This document shows positions 1 through 9,395 of a DNA stretch of 64,000 nt, piece after piece (within the stretch, counting starts at the first letter, position 1; the number at the start of each line of letters is the position of its first letter). Both the position numbers and the translations under genes were made by a program. Location: the NCBI GenBank assembly GCA_035708305.1, contig DASSSU010000020.1, positions 8,481 to 72,480 on the forward strand. Reading direction: 5' to 3'. The notes under the pieces are model-generated. The model had not been told where the DNA came from and ran no database searches. It was given only the letters and a program-made list of their open reading frames with translations. This DNA is from Minisyncoccota bacterium (GTDB lineage Bacteria; Patescibacteriota; Minisyncoccia; Phycocordibacterales; DASSSU01).

Positions 1-1027
1 TTTCTTTTTTCAGCATGCCCCCGAACCACCAGGCAATGTTTTCATCCGAGGCGAAAAAAATTTTCTGCGGAGAAATTCCGCCACGCATAAAACGCCGTAT
101 TTCTTCCTGAAGCTTCGCCAGCCAGTCTTTCGCACAATTTTGAAGCGTTTTTTCCACCAGTACCGCGGTGTTCTTCTCCGCCCGCTCCGACGCTTGCATA
201 AAAAGCAGCGACTCCGCTTCCGGCAAACTCACGCGGAGTGTCTCGGCTATCCGCCGCAAAACGAAATTTTTCCCCAGCGGAAAAGCCGCGCTTTTTCGGA
301 CAATGCCATTTTCTACCCAGAGCATATCGGTCATCTCGCCGCTGATGTCAAGCAGTAAAAACGAGTGCTCACCGTGCAGAAGCATATCACGGATAATCAC
401 ATACGATGCAAACGGAAACGTGTGAAATCCCGTCTTTCGGTGATTAAAGCGACGGGAAACCTGTTCCGAGATATCATCGAGCACTCGGCCCGGAACCACG
501 CTTGCAAAAAACGCCACCTCTGCTTCCGTAATCATTTTCTTCTCGTAATCACTCACTTCATATCCGTTCAGACTGACGTGCATGCTTTCCTTTTCGATGA
601 GTTTGGGTGCACCAAGTTCTTCATCTTCGTATTTCTGTTTTTCTTCTTCTTCAAAATCCAACACTCTGGCGTTAATCGCATTCTCCAACAGCTGGTCCGT
701 CAAACGAAAAGGCTTATGCTTGGCAATCCGCGCGGCATCGTGCAAAGCGGCATACCATGGCGACGAAAAAAAGCACGCAACTTCGTCCACCACCTGCTTC
801 CCCGCCTTTCCCTCTAGTTTTTGCGAAACAGACTCAAACGCCTTTTTCATGGAAAGAAAAAAACGTCGGTGATCCAGCTTTTCCTGCGGATCAGTACTCT
901 CGCGAACCACTTGAAGAATTCTCGGCTTCATTCCGGGCTTGATTTCCGAAAGCGCAGCACCGACGGATGATGAACCGATATCAAAAACGGCAACAAGCTT
1001 TGTTCGTCCGCTTCCAAAGAATTTCAT
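1..1027 (-). CDS. Actin-like ATPase of the FtsA/PilM family, partial (C-terminus runs off the window start)
   Basis: Manual minus-strand translation from ATG at 1027 gives MKFFGSGRTKLVAVFDIGSSSVGAALSEI... with a second phosphate-like motif (LLLDISGEMTD). It is >340 aa open to position 1 and is not in the ORF track because no stop lies in the window. Confidence 0.5.
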   Translation of the reverse strand, partial: MKFFGSGRTKLVAVFDIGSSSVGAALSEIKPGMKPRILQVVRESTDPQEKLDHRRFFLSMKKAFESVSQKLEGKAGKQVVDEVACFFSSPWYAALHDAARIAKHKPFRLTDQLLENAINARVLDFEEEEKQKYEDEELGAPKLIEKESMHVSLNGYEVSDYEKKMITEAEVAFFASVVPGRVLDDISEQVSRRFNHRKTGFHTFPFASYVIIRDMLLHGEHSFLLLDISGEMTDMLWVENGIVRKSAAFPLGKNFVLRRIAETLRVSLPEAESLLFMQASERAEKNTAVLVEKTLQNCAKDWLAKLQEEIRRFMRGGISPQKIFFASDENIAWWFGGMLKKE

Positions 1028-1101
1028 AAAAACAGTATACCATCAAAAAAGCACACGCTTCTATTCGGAGCCGTGGATATCGAAACACTCCCAAAATTTT
1101 T

Positions 1102-2817
1102 TTAATTTGCCACCGCTGTCACCACGATTGTTGCCTGATAATTTCCACTCGGTGCAAAAATGTTGTTCTCTTCTGTGCCAAAGCAGATGGTGGTGTCCGC
1201 TCCGGCAGTGGTTGAGGAGACGGTCGAAGAATGAGCCACTTCGATTGAGCTCGTGCCGACAAATCCCCGCCATTTTAGATTTGAAGCGCCGGGATCGTTC
1301 AATGTTTCCGTACAACGAGTAGCATTCCCCCAAACAGAAGTATCCGTATCGGAACCAAAAGCACTGAATCCGAATTCAAAATCGCCACTGTTAACGTTCC
1401 AAAGCTCGGGAATTCCCGGACTCGTCTCGGAATAATCTGCAAAACTCTTTCCGTCTGCAAGATCTTTCATAGCAGGAGAAGAAGTCGCCTGCACCGTTAG
1501 TTGATAGCCGGTGGGGTTGTTCGTCACCACTCTCCACGTGGAAGATCCCACCGCACTTTGCACGGAAGTAGAGAGGTTCCGAAGTGAAACATCAACGGGT
1601 GCGGAAAGAGAAATTTCTGCCGGAATGTTGAGGTGTGCCAGAACAGCATCAGCACTCATACTGACTCCCGTCGGAGAAACTGCCACTTCCTCTTCGTTGC
1701 CGATCGTTTCAAAAGTCGCCGGGCTGCCTTGGTTGGCGTATGCCGTAGCAATCCATTCCGCAGACCGCGCAACAGATGAAATGCGGATCTCACCGACTCC
1801 ACCGGCATAATAAACGTTAGAATAAGTACCATACGATCGTATCAGTGCTCCAACTCCCAAGCTGTCAACACTTGTTGGAAAAGGATCTGTGTCCGTAGCC
1901 GTCGCTTCTGGAACCCCGTTGACATAGAGCCGCCTATCACTGCTGGATGAAGCAGTAAAGACCGCCAACACTTCTTCATTATCTGAAAGTGTCACACTGT
2001 TTGCTTCAAAACCATTGAAAACGGATGAATAAACAAAAGGACGCGGGTGGTTGTCACTGTGGAAGTTTATTCCAACGCTTTGATCATTAACCGTTGAATT
2101 CGAAACGATAACTCCGGCTGACGGAGTATTCACTTTGTGCCGCCCCCACACCAAGAAAGTAAACGGATAGCTTGTGATTGGTGCCGGCTGTATTTTGTAG
2201 TATGTCGATGACCCGTCAAAAATGTGCCCTTCGCCGATTCCAATATTTGCCGACGGAGGAGAGCCGTACTCTGTGATCGTATAAGCGTGACTGGTGCTTT
2301 CGCTCGCCCCACCGTCATGAGAAACGTATTGATACCCGCTGTTCCACACATTTTCTGATCCATATGTTGAAGAAGCAGCCGGCTCGCTCGCGCTGCTGTT
2401 GCCATAATACAAGTAAAAATCACTGTCCGTGGAGGAGGAGAGCGTTGGTGCTTCAAAATGGAGTTCTCCGGTCGAAGAAGCCGTGTTGATGGAAACCACC
2501 TCCCTCGGCACTTCCGTCACTCCGTCGCCTTCGGTCACGCGGATATCACCGCCACCTGACTGCACATGCTGGAAAAATCCTGCGGGCATCTTTGAGAGAT
2601 CGACATACACCGGAAAATCAGTGAGATCGGCTCCCACTTTTGTATGATCAATAGTGATCTTGACACGATAGTTCCAGGCGGAATCGTACCAATCAGGACT
2701 CCCGGCATGCGCAAAATGAAAATACGCCGCCAAAGACACACTGCCCATTACCACAACGAGGAAGAAAGAACCAAGAAATTTCTTGGAAAACGAAAAAGAA
2801 AAACACCGCGCAAACAT
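1102..2817 (-). CDS. Secreted/membrane-anchored DUF2341 + LamG (concanavalin-like) domain protein
   Basis: N-terminal hydrophobic segment, then WNYRVKITIDHTKVGADLTDFPVYVDL, which matches the DUF2341 consensus (W.YR..I.I...L.DFPVLV.L). The long Ser/Thr/Gly-rich beta-rich remainder is typical of LamG-like lectin folds. Confidence 0.5.
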   Translation of the reverse strand: MFARCFSFSFSKKFLGSFFLVVVMGSVSLAAYFHFAHAGSPDWYDSAWNYRVKITIDHTKVGADLTDFPVYVDLSKMPAGFFQHVQSGGGDIRVTEGDGVTEVPREVVSINTASSTGELHFEAPTLSSSTDSDFYLYYGNSSASEPAASSTYGSENVWNSGYQYVSHDGGASESTSHAYTITEYGSPPSANIGIGEGHIFDGSSTYYKIQPAPITSYPFTFLVWGRHKVNTPSAGVIVSNSTVNDQSVGINFHSDNHPRPFVYSSVFNGFEANSVTLSDNEEVLAVFTASSSSDRRLYVNGVPEATATDTDPFPTSVDSLGVGALIRSYGTYSNVYYAGGVGEIRISSVARSAEWIATAYANQGSPATFETIGNEEEVAVSPTGVSMSADAVLAHLNIPAEISLSAPVDVSLRNLSTSVQSAVGSSTWRVVTNNPTGYQLTVQATSSPAMKDLADGKSFADYSETSPGIPELWNVNSGDFEFGFSAFGSDTDTSVWGNATRCTETLNDPGASNLKWRGFVGTSSIEVAHSSTVSSTTAGADTTICFGTEENNIFAPSGNYQATIVVTAVAN

Positions 2818-2982
2818 ATCCTTCCGTCTATTATAAAGGATTTCATGTTTTTCAGCACGGGATAAAAAATTATTTGACCAGCAGTTCTTCTGGTTTTTTC
2901 TCTTTTTGGTAGGGTGTGAAAGAAAGATGTATCCCGATTTGTTGTAGTTTTTTTTCGCTTTGTTCCAGGAATTCCAGACGTT

Positions 2983-3828
2983 TTAAATGTTCTTCCTCAA
3001 TCGGCTGAGGATTCCCATCTGGTACGCTTCGTAGGCGCCCATACTGTACGCACCAGCAACATTGTTCTTGATCATAGTTTGAACATACTCCAACAACACA
3101 TCCCACCGTTCCCCACTCAAAAACATTTCATAAAATTCTGCTTTTGTTTTTATTCCTTTCACATACGGAGAAAAATCACTAAGCGAACCCGGCTCAATCT
3201 CCACATTCCAAACTCCGCCCGGATCAACCACCTCGAAAGAATATTTTTTCAGATTGGACTCAGAAGAGACTTGGTGCATCTGCAACCCGTACGCAGATGC
3301 ATGAATCGAGGCGCTCGCAATATCCACCGCACTGGGCGGGATGAGAATTGCCGGCATTTTCCCTTCTCTCATGAACTCTTCTTGTTGTTCTATGATTTCT
3401 TTGGGAACCTGAAATTGTGAAGGAACATCTTCTTCTGAACGATTATGATCCCACCACAATTCATCGGCAAGCGGGTGAGAATGAAAATCACAGACTTCAT
3501 TTGCGATACGAGCATTTTCGTTTCCGATATAAGGAATTCCAACCATAAAGTGATCTCCCTCTGAAAGTTTGACCAGATGCCATTTTCCGTCTTCCTGCCT
3601 AGCCAGCGAAAAAGACCATTCGTTGGGAAGATCATCGGCAAGCGCCCGGAACTCCTGGTGCAAAATGGTATTACATTCCCCTTCCACACCGGCGTTCACC
3701 TTTTCAAGCAGTTCCGCAACGGTAGGATTGTCAGCACGATCAAGGAGATCTTCATTCGTGTGAAGCGTCTGATGAGCACAGCCAGAGAGCATCGTAAGTG
3801 CGCCGGAAAAAACAGCCGCCCGGATCAT
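2983..3828 (-). CDS. Hypothetical lipoprotein (ORF runs to 4149 but the upstream part overlaps alaS; likely start at MIRAAVFSGALTMLSGC)
   Basis: Internal Met followed by a classic lipoprotein signal peptide and lipobox (LSGC). The upstream in-frame segment is acidic low-complexity and overlaps the alaS 3' end by >100 nt. Confidence 0.45.
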   Translation of the reverse strand: MIRAAVFSGALTMLSGCAHQTLHTNEDLLDRADNPTVAELLEKVNAGVEGECNTILHQEFRALADDLPNEWSFSLARQEDGKWHLVKLSEGDHFMVGIPYIGNENARIANEVCDFHSHPLADELWWDHNRSEEDVPSQFQVPKEIIEQQEEFMREGKMPAILIPPSAVDIASASIHASAYGLQMHQVSSESNLKKYSFEVVDPGGVWNVEIEPGSLSDFSPYVKGIKTKAEFYEMFLSGERWDVLLEYVQTMIKNNVAGAYSMGAYEAYQMGILSRLRKNI

Positions 3829-4040
3829 CTCACGGCGGCTTTCTTTGATTTCAAATTTTTTTTCCTCCGAAACTTCAGGTTTCAGTTTTTCAGAATCTCC
3901 TCGCGTTTCTTCCCCGTTTTTTCTTTCTGCATCACCGCCGTTTTCAGAAGAAATTTCTGCCGGCATTTCAAGAAGATTTTCCTCTTTCGGCTCTTCAGCT
4001 TGCGGACTTGAAAACGAAAATGATTCGAATCCCATTTGAT

Positions 4041-5843
4041 TTATTCTAGCACGGCTTTGATTCTCCGCACACCGGCAGAAGAGGCCTCTTCTTTCTTGAT
4101 TTTGAAGTGTCCGAGTTCCGAAGTATTTTTCACGTGCGGACCGCCGCAAAATTCCAAACTGTACTTTCCATCCGCTTCTCCGATCTGGTATACCCGAACT
4201 TTGTCGCCATATTTTTCTTCAAAAAGCCCGATAGCACCTCGCTTCTTCGCTTCTTCAAGCGGAATATCTTCGTAGAAAACCGGAAGCGCCGCCGTGATTT
4301 TTTCATTCACCAAATCTTCCACACGCTTCTTTTCTTCGTCACTCATCTTGTCCGGATGTGAAAAATCAAACCGCAAACGCTCCTTCGTGATGTTGCTTCC
4401 CTTTTGAAACACATGCTCACCCAAGACGTCGCGAAGTGCCTGATGCAGCAAGTGGGTCGCCGTATGGTACTTCACGGACATTTCGCTGTGGTCCGCCAGC
4501 CCGCCGTGAAATTTCTGCTCTGCACCTTTTCTTGATTTATCCTGATGCTCACGAAATGCGTGATCGAAGCTTTCACGATCGATACTGATATTTTTTTCAC
4601 GCGCAAGATCTTCCGTCATTTCGATCGGAAAACCGAAGCTCTGATACAGGTTGAACGCATCTTCGCCGGAAATACCGTCCGCTGAAAGCTTTTCAAATTG
4701 CTTCAAACCGTCTTTGAGCGTGCGGCGGAATTTTTCTTCTTCTTTCTGCACGACTCCGGCGATTGACTCAAAATCCTCAAGGTTCGGATATTGCTCGCGA
4801 TACATTTCCGACACAGTCTGGACGATCTCCTGAAGTTTTCCCGCTGGAAGGTGAAGCGCATCGGCAAATCGAATGCTCCTTCGCAAAAGCCGCCTGAGCA
4901 CGTAGCCCTGATCACGGTTCGAAGGCTCCACCCCGTCAGCAATGAGAAATGTCGCCGTGCGCATGTGGTCGGCAACAATTCTTTCCGCTTTTTCATTTTC
5001 CTTGGTCCTTTCAAAATTTCCAAGTGCTTGAATTTTCTCCCGGATCGAAACAAAAAAATCAACATCAAAAATCGTCTTCTTTCCGTTCACCACCATCGAC
5101 ACGCGCTCCAGTCCCGCGCCAGTATCAACGTTCTTCTGCTTGAGTTTGCCAATCACCTTGCCGTCTTTCTTCTCGTACTCCATGAAAACGTCATTCCAGA
5201 TTTCCACCACGTCCTGCCGGTCGTCCGCCGCCATGTATTCTTCTTTGGTGAGATCTCCCAAGCCATTTTCCGTCACGTCATAAAACATTTCCGTATCGGG
5301 ACCAGAGGGGCCATTGTCGCCCGGACTCCACCAGTTGGACTTGGCACTCATAAAGTAAATGCGGTTTTCCGGCACAAACTGCTTCCAGATTTCAAACGAC
5401 TCCGTATCTTTCGGGGCATTTTCGTCGCCTTCAAAAACCGTCACGTACAAACGTTTCGGATCAAGCCCTAAACCCTCTTCCCTGGACGTGAGAAATTCAA
5501 AGCTCCATGCGATCGCTTCTTTTTTAAAATACCCTTCCCCGATGCCGTCCGGCGCGGATGGATCGCCCAAGGACCAGTTGCCAAGCATCTCGAAAAACGT
5601 CGCGTGCGTATTGTCGCCAATCTCGTCGATGTCCACCGTACGTACGCATTTTTGTGCGTCTGCCAAACGCCTTCCTTGCGGGTGTTCTTGTCCCAGGAGA
5701 TACGGCACAAGCGGCTGCATCCCCGCCGTGTTGAAAAGCACGGAAGGATCGTTTTCCGGTACGAGCGGCGCAGAAGGAAGCACTGCATGTCCGCGCTTTT
5801 CAAAAAACGCCAAGAATCGCTTTCGTATTTCGTTTGAGGTCAT
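4041..5843 (-). CDS. alaS: Alanyl-tRNA synthetase, short form (catalytic + editing domains, no C-Ala domain)
   Basis: N-terminus MTSNEIRKRFLAFFEKRGHAVLPSAPLVPENDPSVLFNTAGMQPL is the canonical AlaRS start. The HTATHLLHQAL (HxxxH) motif and the C-terminal GGPHV motif mark the editing domain. Only 600 aa. Confidence 0.9.
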   Translation of the reverse strand: MTSNEIRKRFLAFFEKRGHAVLPSAPLVPENDPSVLFNTAGMQPLVPYLLGQEHPQGRRLADAQKCVRTVDIDEIGDNTHATFFEMLGNWSLGDPSAPDGIGEGYFKKEAIAWSFEFLTSREEGLGLDPKRLYVTVFEGDENAPKDTESFEIWKQFVPENRIYFMSAKSNWWSPGDNGPSGPDTEMFYDVTENGLGDLTKEEYMAADDRQDVVEIWNDVFMEYEKKDGKVIGKLKQKNVDTGAGLERVSMVVNGKKTIFDVDFFVSIREKIQALGNFERTKENEKAERIVADHMRTATFLIADGVEPSNRDQGYVLRRLLRRSIRFADALHLPAGKLQEIVQTVSEMYREQYPNLEDFESIAGVVQKEEEKFRRTLKDGLKQFEKLSADGISGEDAFNLYQSFGFPIEMTEDLAREKNISIDRESFDHAFREHQDKSRKGAEQKFHGGLADHSEMSVKYHTATHLLHQALRDVLGEHVFQKGSNITKERLRFDFSHPDKMSDEEKKRVEDLVNEKITAALPVFYEDIPLEEAKKRGAIGLFEEKYGDKVRVYQIGEADGKYSLEFCGGPHVKNTSELGHFKIKKEEASSAGVRRIKAVLE

Positions 5844-5923
5844 TGGGGTTTATCATACGGTTTTCCCCGATTCAAATCAAGAAAAAAGATATTTTGTAAC
5901 AAAGATATCTATACCCGATATCT

Positions 5924-6427
5924 TCAAACTCTCGGTTCTTCTTGTACCCACAGAGAAAAATCATCCAGCATATTTTCCCAAAGCTCTTTATTGTTCACTT
6001 TTGCAAGCACCTCTTGAATGGGGAGCATTTTTACCTCTGTCACTGTTTCATCCGGATCAACTTCCCTCGTCTCACTTTTTTTTACAATGCAAAAACAAAT
6101 GATCTGATTTTCTTCATGATCATTATCGAGAATACTTGAAATACAATAACGAGGTTCACAAAAAATTACATCAAAACCAGTTTCTTCGGACATTTCTCGT
6201 TTTATAGTTTGAGAAAAAGCCTCTCCTGACTCTCTGTGGCCACCAGGGAAACCCCATATGTTACGCTTTGAATTAAAAATCACCGGCACAAGGCCATCTG
6301 CCTGGTGAAAAGCAATCGCATAGACACGTGAGAAAGTTGAGGGCACTGCATTTTTCCCAAGAGCATAGACTTTTACAGGATGCTTTGTATCTTTGAGAAA
6401 TATTTCTTTTGTCTTTTCCATTTCCAT
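5924..6427 (-). CDS. NUDIX hydrolase
   Basis: Nudix box GFPGGHRESGEAFSQTIKREMSEETG (Gx5Ex7REUxEExGU) is present. 167 aa. Confidence 0.8.
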   Translation of the reverse strand: MEMEKTKEIFLKDTKHPVKVYALGKNAVPSTFSRVYAIAFHQADGLVPVIFNSKRNIWGFPGGHRESGEAFSQTIKREMSEETGFDVIFCEPRYCISSILDNDHEENQIICFCIVKKSETREVDPDETVTEVKMLPIQEVLAKVNNKELWENMLDDFSLWVQEEPRV

Positions 6428-6474
6428 AAAAAACGCTTGCCTTAGTATATATTAAACTAAGGCAAGCGAAAAGT

Positions 6475-7029
6475 TTACCGAGTTATAATTGCTTGAACTT
6501 TGGCAGCAACTTTAAGAAGATCTCCTTCATTGTCAATTGGTATAAGACCAAGTGAAGAATAGACTTCATCGGCTTTACGAATAAGATCTTCGTTACTCGT
6601 CACATAATCAAGAGCAGAGGCTTCTTTCTTTTTTTGTATGCGCCGTAAACGTTCCTCTTCTTTAACATAGACCATGATTGAGAAATCAGGTCTCAAGAAA
6701 AGCGGAAGAATAAATTCAGGAAACTGCAACTCAAATACCCTGGCTAAAACTAGTGTCGAGTAATAAGATCGATCCACAAGCACAAAGTCAACATGTCCCA
6801 AGACTTGGCTAATTTCTTTTTCTGTTATAAGCCAAGCGGAAATGTAAAACCAAACATTTTTTGAAACCTTTGAATGGTTCAGTCTCTCAGCATTAAAACC
6901 TCTTGTCATAGATCTCAATGTTGTAACAGTATAGCCGTCCTTAGTGAGACGATGAACAAGGGCGCTGATAAGTGAGGTCTTACCGACACAATCATGACCG
7001 TCAAAAGTTACCGTTATCGTTTTTGCCAC
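6475..7029 (-). CDS. Thymidylate kinase-like P-loop nucleotide kinase
   Basis: P-loop FDGHDCVGKTS at the N-terminus. VLVDRSYYSTLV aligns to the Tmk DRH/lid region and DFSIMVYVKEEERLRRIQ to the Tmk C-terminal region. The start overlaps the upstream radical SAM gene by 16 nt. Confidence 0.65.
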   Translation of the reverse strand: MAKTITVTFDGHDCVGKTSLISALVHRLTKDGYTVTTLRSMTRGFNAERLNHSKVSKNVWFYISAWLITEKEISQVLGHVDFVLVDRSYYSTLVLARVFELQFPEFILPLFLRPDFSIMVYVKEEERLRRIQKKKEASALDYVTSNEDLIRKADEVYSSLGLIPIDNEGDLLKVAAKVQAIITR

Positions 7030-8015
7030 GACACAAGCTCCTTTACTGTTAAGGGTTCCAAAACATCTAAAGTCGCGAAACGGTTATCAACTAAAGATTG
7101 GAATTCTGCATAAAGCTTGTGCTTTCTATTGTCTGGATTACCCATTTCGTGAAGCAGTTCTGCTTCAGTAAAAAGTGAAGATAAAGCTTTGCGCAGTTTT
7201 GCGGTATTTTCTCCCTCAACAGAAGGCAAAAGGTTAATGAGTTTAGAGCGTTGCCTGGAGTCAACGAAAGCCCCTCCGGTTGGCGTAATCCAGCATGAAT
7301 CCCAACTCGGCTTGTCTGTGCTCGTATGCGTCAACGCGACTTTCACTCCGTCTACTTTAAAAATCTGTTTTCTTTCTGTTGTGCCTATAATTTGACCACC
7401 AAATGAAGCCAAGTTCCACATGTCAACAGCCTTTGGGTGACTTCCCTGATCGGCTCCCATTTCCGACAGAAAGGAGAAATACCCTTCCTTGAAGACGCTA
7501 ATTTCTGCACTCACCTCTTGCGCTAAAGATAAGTACTGCTCTATTTCTTCAATGGTTGAATTTTGTGCCTCAGCCACAACATTAAGCTTGATCCTCATTG
7601 AAGGGTTAACTTGACGAGCAGCTATAAGGTTTTTCTTAACCCTTTCAGGTCCACCATGAACTTTTGTGATTCTTTGCCATTCTTCATCAGACATTGAATG
7701 ATAACTCACATGTAGCTCATCAATATCTCGAACAACATCGAGACGATTAATCAGTTTATAGCCATTACTAATCATCGTAATCCGACTCGAGAATGGTCGG
7801 ATATTAACGATAATATCCTTCAAATCCTTCCGAAGGGTTGGCTCTCCCCCTGTTATAGTGCAATCGGTTACAGCAAGAGACGCGGCAGCCTCCATGAGCA
7901 TTCCATAATGTGTAGGATAGAGTGAGAAAGCAGGCGATTTGGTTCCTACATATTCGTTCAAGCAGAAATAACAATCAGCATTACAATGAGTTACTGTCAC
8001 AAACCGAATTTCCAT
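7014..8015 (-). CDS. Radical SAM enzyme with no auxiliary Fe-S cluster (viperin/MoaA-like core; candidate prokaryotic viperin)
   Basis: CNADCYFC (Cx3Cx2C) at residues 11-18, GGEPTL glycine-rich SAM motif, and ISNG ribose motif. The C-terminal half has a single Cys, so there is no SPASM or MoaA-type auxiliary cluster. ~330 aa. Confidence 0.8.
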   Translation of the reverse strand: MEIRFVTVTHCNADCYFCLNEYVGTKSPAFSLYPTHYGMLMEAAASLAVTDCTITGGEPTLRKDLKDIIVNIRPFSSRITMISNGYKLINRLDVVRDIDELHVSYHSMSDEEWQRITKVHGGPERVKKNLIAARQVNPSMRIKLNVVAEAQNSTIEEIEQYLSLAQEVSAEISVFKEGYFSFLSEMGADQGSHPKAVDMWNLASFGGQIIGTTERKQIFKVDGVKVALTHTSTDKPSWDSCWITPTGGAFVDSRQRSKLINLLPSVEGENTAKLRKALSSLFTEAELLHEMGNPDNRKHKLYAEFQSLVDNRFATLDVLEPLTVKELVSWQKR

Positions 8016-8133
8016 TGGTATTCCTCCAGTGCATAAAGTTAATGTACTAGCTCCTTTAATCTTCTAACATAGACTATGTAAATAGTCAACTATTATCTTT
8101 AAATCAGCCAGAACTTGAATATACTCCTAAAAA

Positions 8134-9138
8134 CTACCACACCAAACCAACTAATTTTCTCGCTAACTTCATTTTTTCTTCTACGATTTCCCGGGCACGG
8201 GCGCCGCCTTCTTCGAGCATGTCCAGCACTGCTTGTTTGTCTTGGGCAATCTCGGCGCGTTTTTCTCGGAGTGGTGCGATGAACGCTTTGATGTCCGCGA
8301 TCAAAATATCTTTGGACTCTTTGTAGCCGATCCCGCCTTCCCGGTAGCGCGTTTCCAGCTCGGAAAGTCGTGGCTCCGGTGTGAAAAGTTTGTGGAGGGC
8401 GAAAAGATTGCTTTCGTTTGGATCTTTCGGTTCTTCGATCCCTTTCGAATCGGTCGGGATCTTCATCACCGCGCTTTCGATTTCCGCATCATCGGCGAAG
8501 AGCGGAATGATGTTGCCGTAGCTCTTGGACATTTTGCGCCCGTCGATCCCCGGAACCGTCTTCACCTCTTCCACGATCAGCGGCTCGGGAAGAACAAACG
8601 CTTCTCCAAAAATGCGATTAAATTTCTCCGCCGTGTCCCGCGCGTATTCCACGTGCTGCTTCTGGTCCTGTCCCACGGGAACCACGTTTGCATCATGCAC
8701 CAAAATATCCGCCGCCATGAGAATCGGATAATCAAACGTCCCCACATTGATTTCTTTCTTTTTTGCTACAGCGTCTTTGTACGCATGTGCACGCTCCAGG
8801 TACGGCACCGTCGTAAGACAGTTAAAGATCCACGTGAGCTCGGTGAGGGCGGGAACATCCGACTGCTTGAAGAGGAGCATTTTTTTTGGGTCCAGTCCGA
8901 TCGCAAGGTAGTCGATCGCCACCTCCAGACTCAACTGCCGCAGTTCTTCGCCATTTTGGATCCCCGTGAGCGCGTGATAGTCCGCGATGAAAATTCTTGA
9001 GTCGTATGCATCCTGAAAATCTACGAACTGCTTCATCGCGCCGAAATAGTTTCCGATGTGCACGGTTCCCGTCGGCTTCACTCCCGAAATGAGAATCTTT
9101 TTCTTTGTATTTTCTGTGTTTTTTGCTTCCATGGTCAT
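8134..9138 (-). CDS. trpS: Tryptophanyl-tRNA synthetase
   Basis: Class I HIGH motif (TGTVHIGNYFGA) and KMSKS motif are present. 334 aa. Confidence 0.9.
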   Translation of the reverse strand: MTMEAKNTENTKKKILISGVKPTGTVHIGNYFGAMKQFVDFQDAYDSRIFIADYHALTGIQNGEELRQLSLEVAIDYLAIGLDPKKMLLFKQSDVPALTELTWIFNCLTTVPYLERAHAYKDAVAKKKEINVGTFDYPILMAADILVHDANVVPVGQDQKQHVEYARDTAEKFNRIFGEAFVLPEPLIVEEVKTVPGIDGRKMSKSYGNIIPLFADDAEIESAVMKIPTDSKGIEEPKDPNESNLFALHKLFTPEPRLSELETRYREGGIGYKESKDILIADIKAFIAPLREKRAEIAQDKQAVLDMLEEGGARAREIVEEKMKLARKLVGLVW

Positions 9139-9142
9139 GAGA

Positions 9143-9379
9143 TTACTGCGGAGTTTTTTTCTGAGTTTCTTCTCTGGCCGCCTGAAGCGCCTTGCGGATT
9201 TTGAAATATTCGATGATCACAGCCTTGTGAGCAACCGCAACCAAAATCAAAAAGCCAAAGAGGATCGTCAGATCATTTTTCCCCGCGCGCGGAAAGCCGG
9301 TAAACGGAACAAGAATAATCAAAACGCTCAAAATTCCGATAAATAAACGAATGTGCTTGCCTTTTATCATATTTTTCAT
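9143..9379 (-). CDS. Small membrane protein, hypothetical
   Basis: 78-aa ORF with one or two hydrophobic helices, packed between trpS and rsmI. Confidence 0.35.
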   Translation of the reverse strand: MKNMIKGKHIRLFIGILSVLIILVPFTGFPRAGKNDLTILFGFLILVAVAHKAVIIEYFKIRKALQAAREETQKKTPQ

Positions 9380-9395
9380 GATTATAGCACGAAGT

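Noticed and set aside
140-1322. Six overlapping plus-strand ORFs (72-150 aa) in the ORF track
   Set aside because: They are shadow ORFs on the opposite strand of a long open minus-strand frame encoding an FtsA/PilM-like ATPase. No domain motifs, mutually overlapping in three frames.
3829-4149. Acidic N-terminal part of the 388-aa lipoprotein ORF
   Set aside because: It overlaps the alaS 3' end by >100 nt. An internal Met gives a textbook lipoprotein signal peptide (MIRAAVFSGALTMLSGC). Kept only as an alternative start.
7014-8015. Radical SAM protein as MoaA (molybdenum cofactor) or a SPASM maturase
   Set aside because: The C-terminal half has only one Cys, so it lacks the MoaA second 4Fe-4S cluster and SPASM/twitch Cys motifs. 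No moaC/moaB or peptide-precursor genes nearby.
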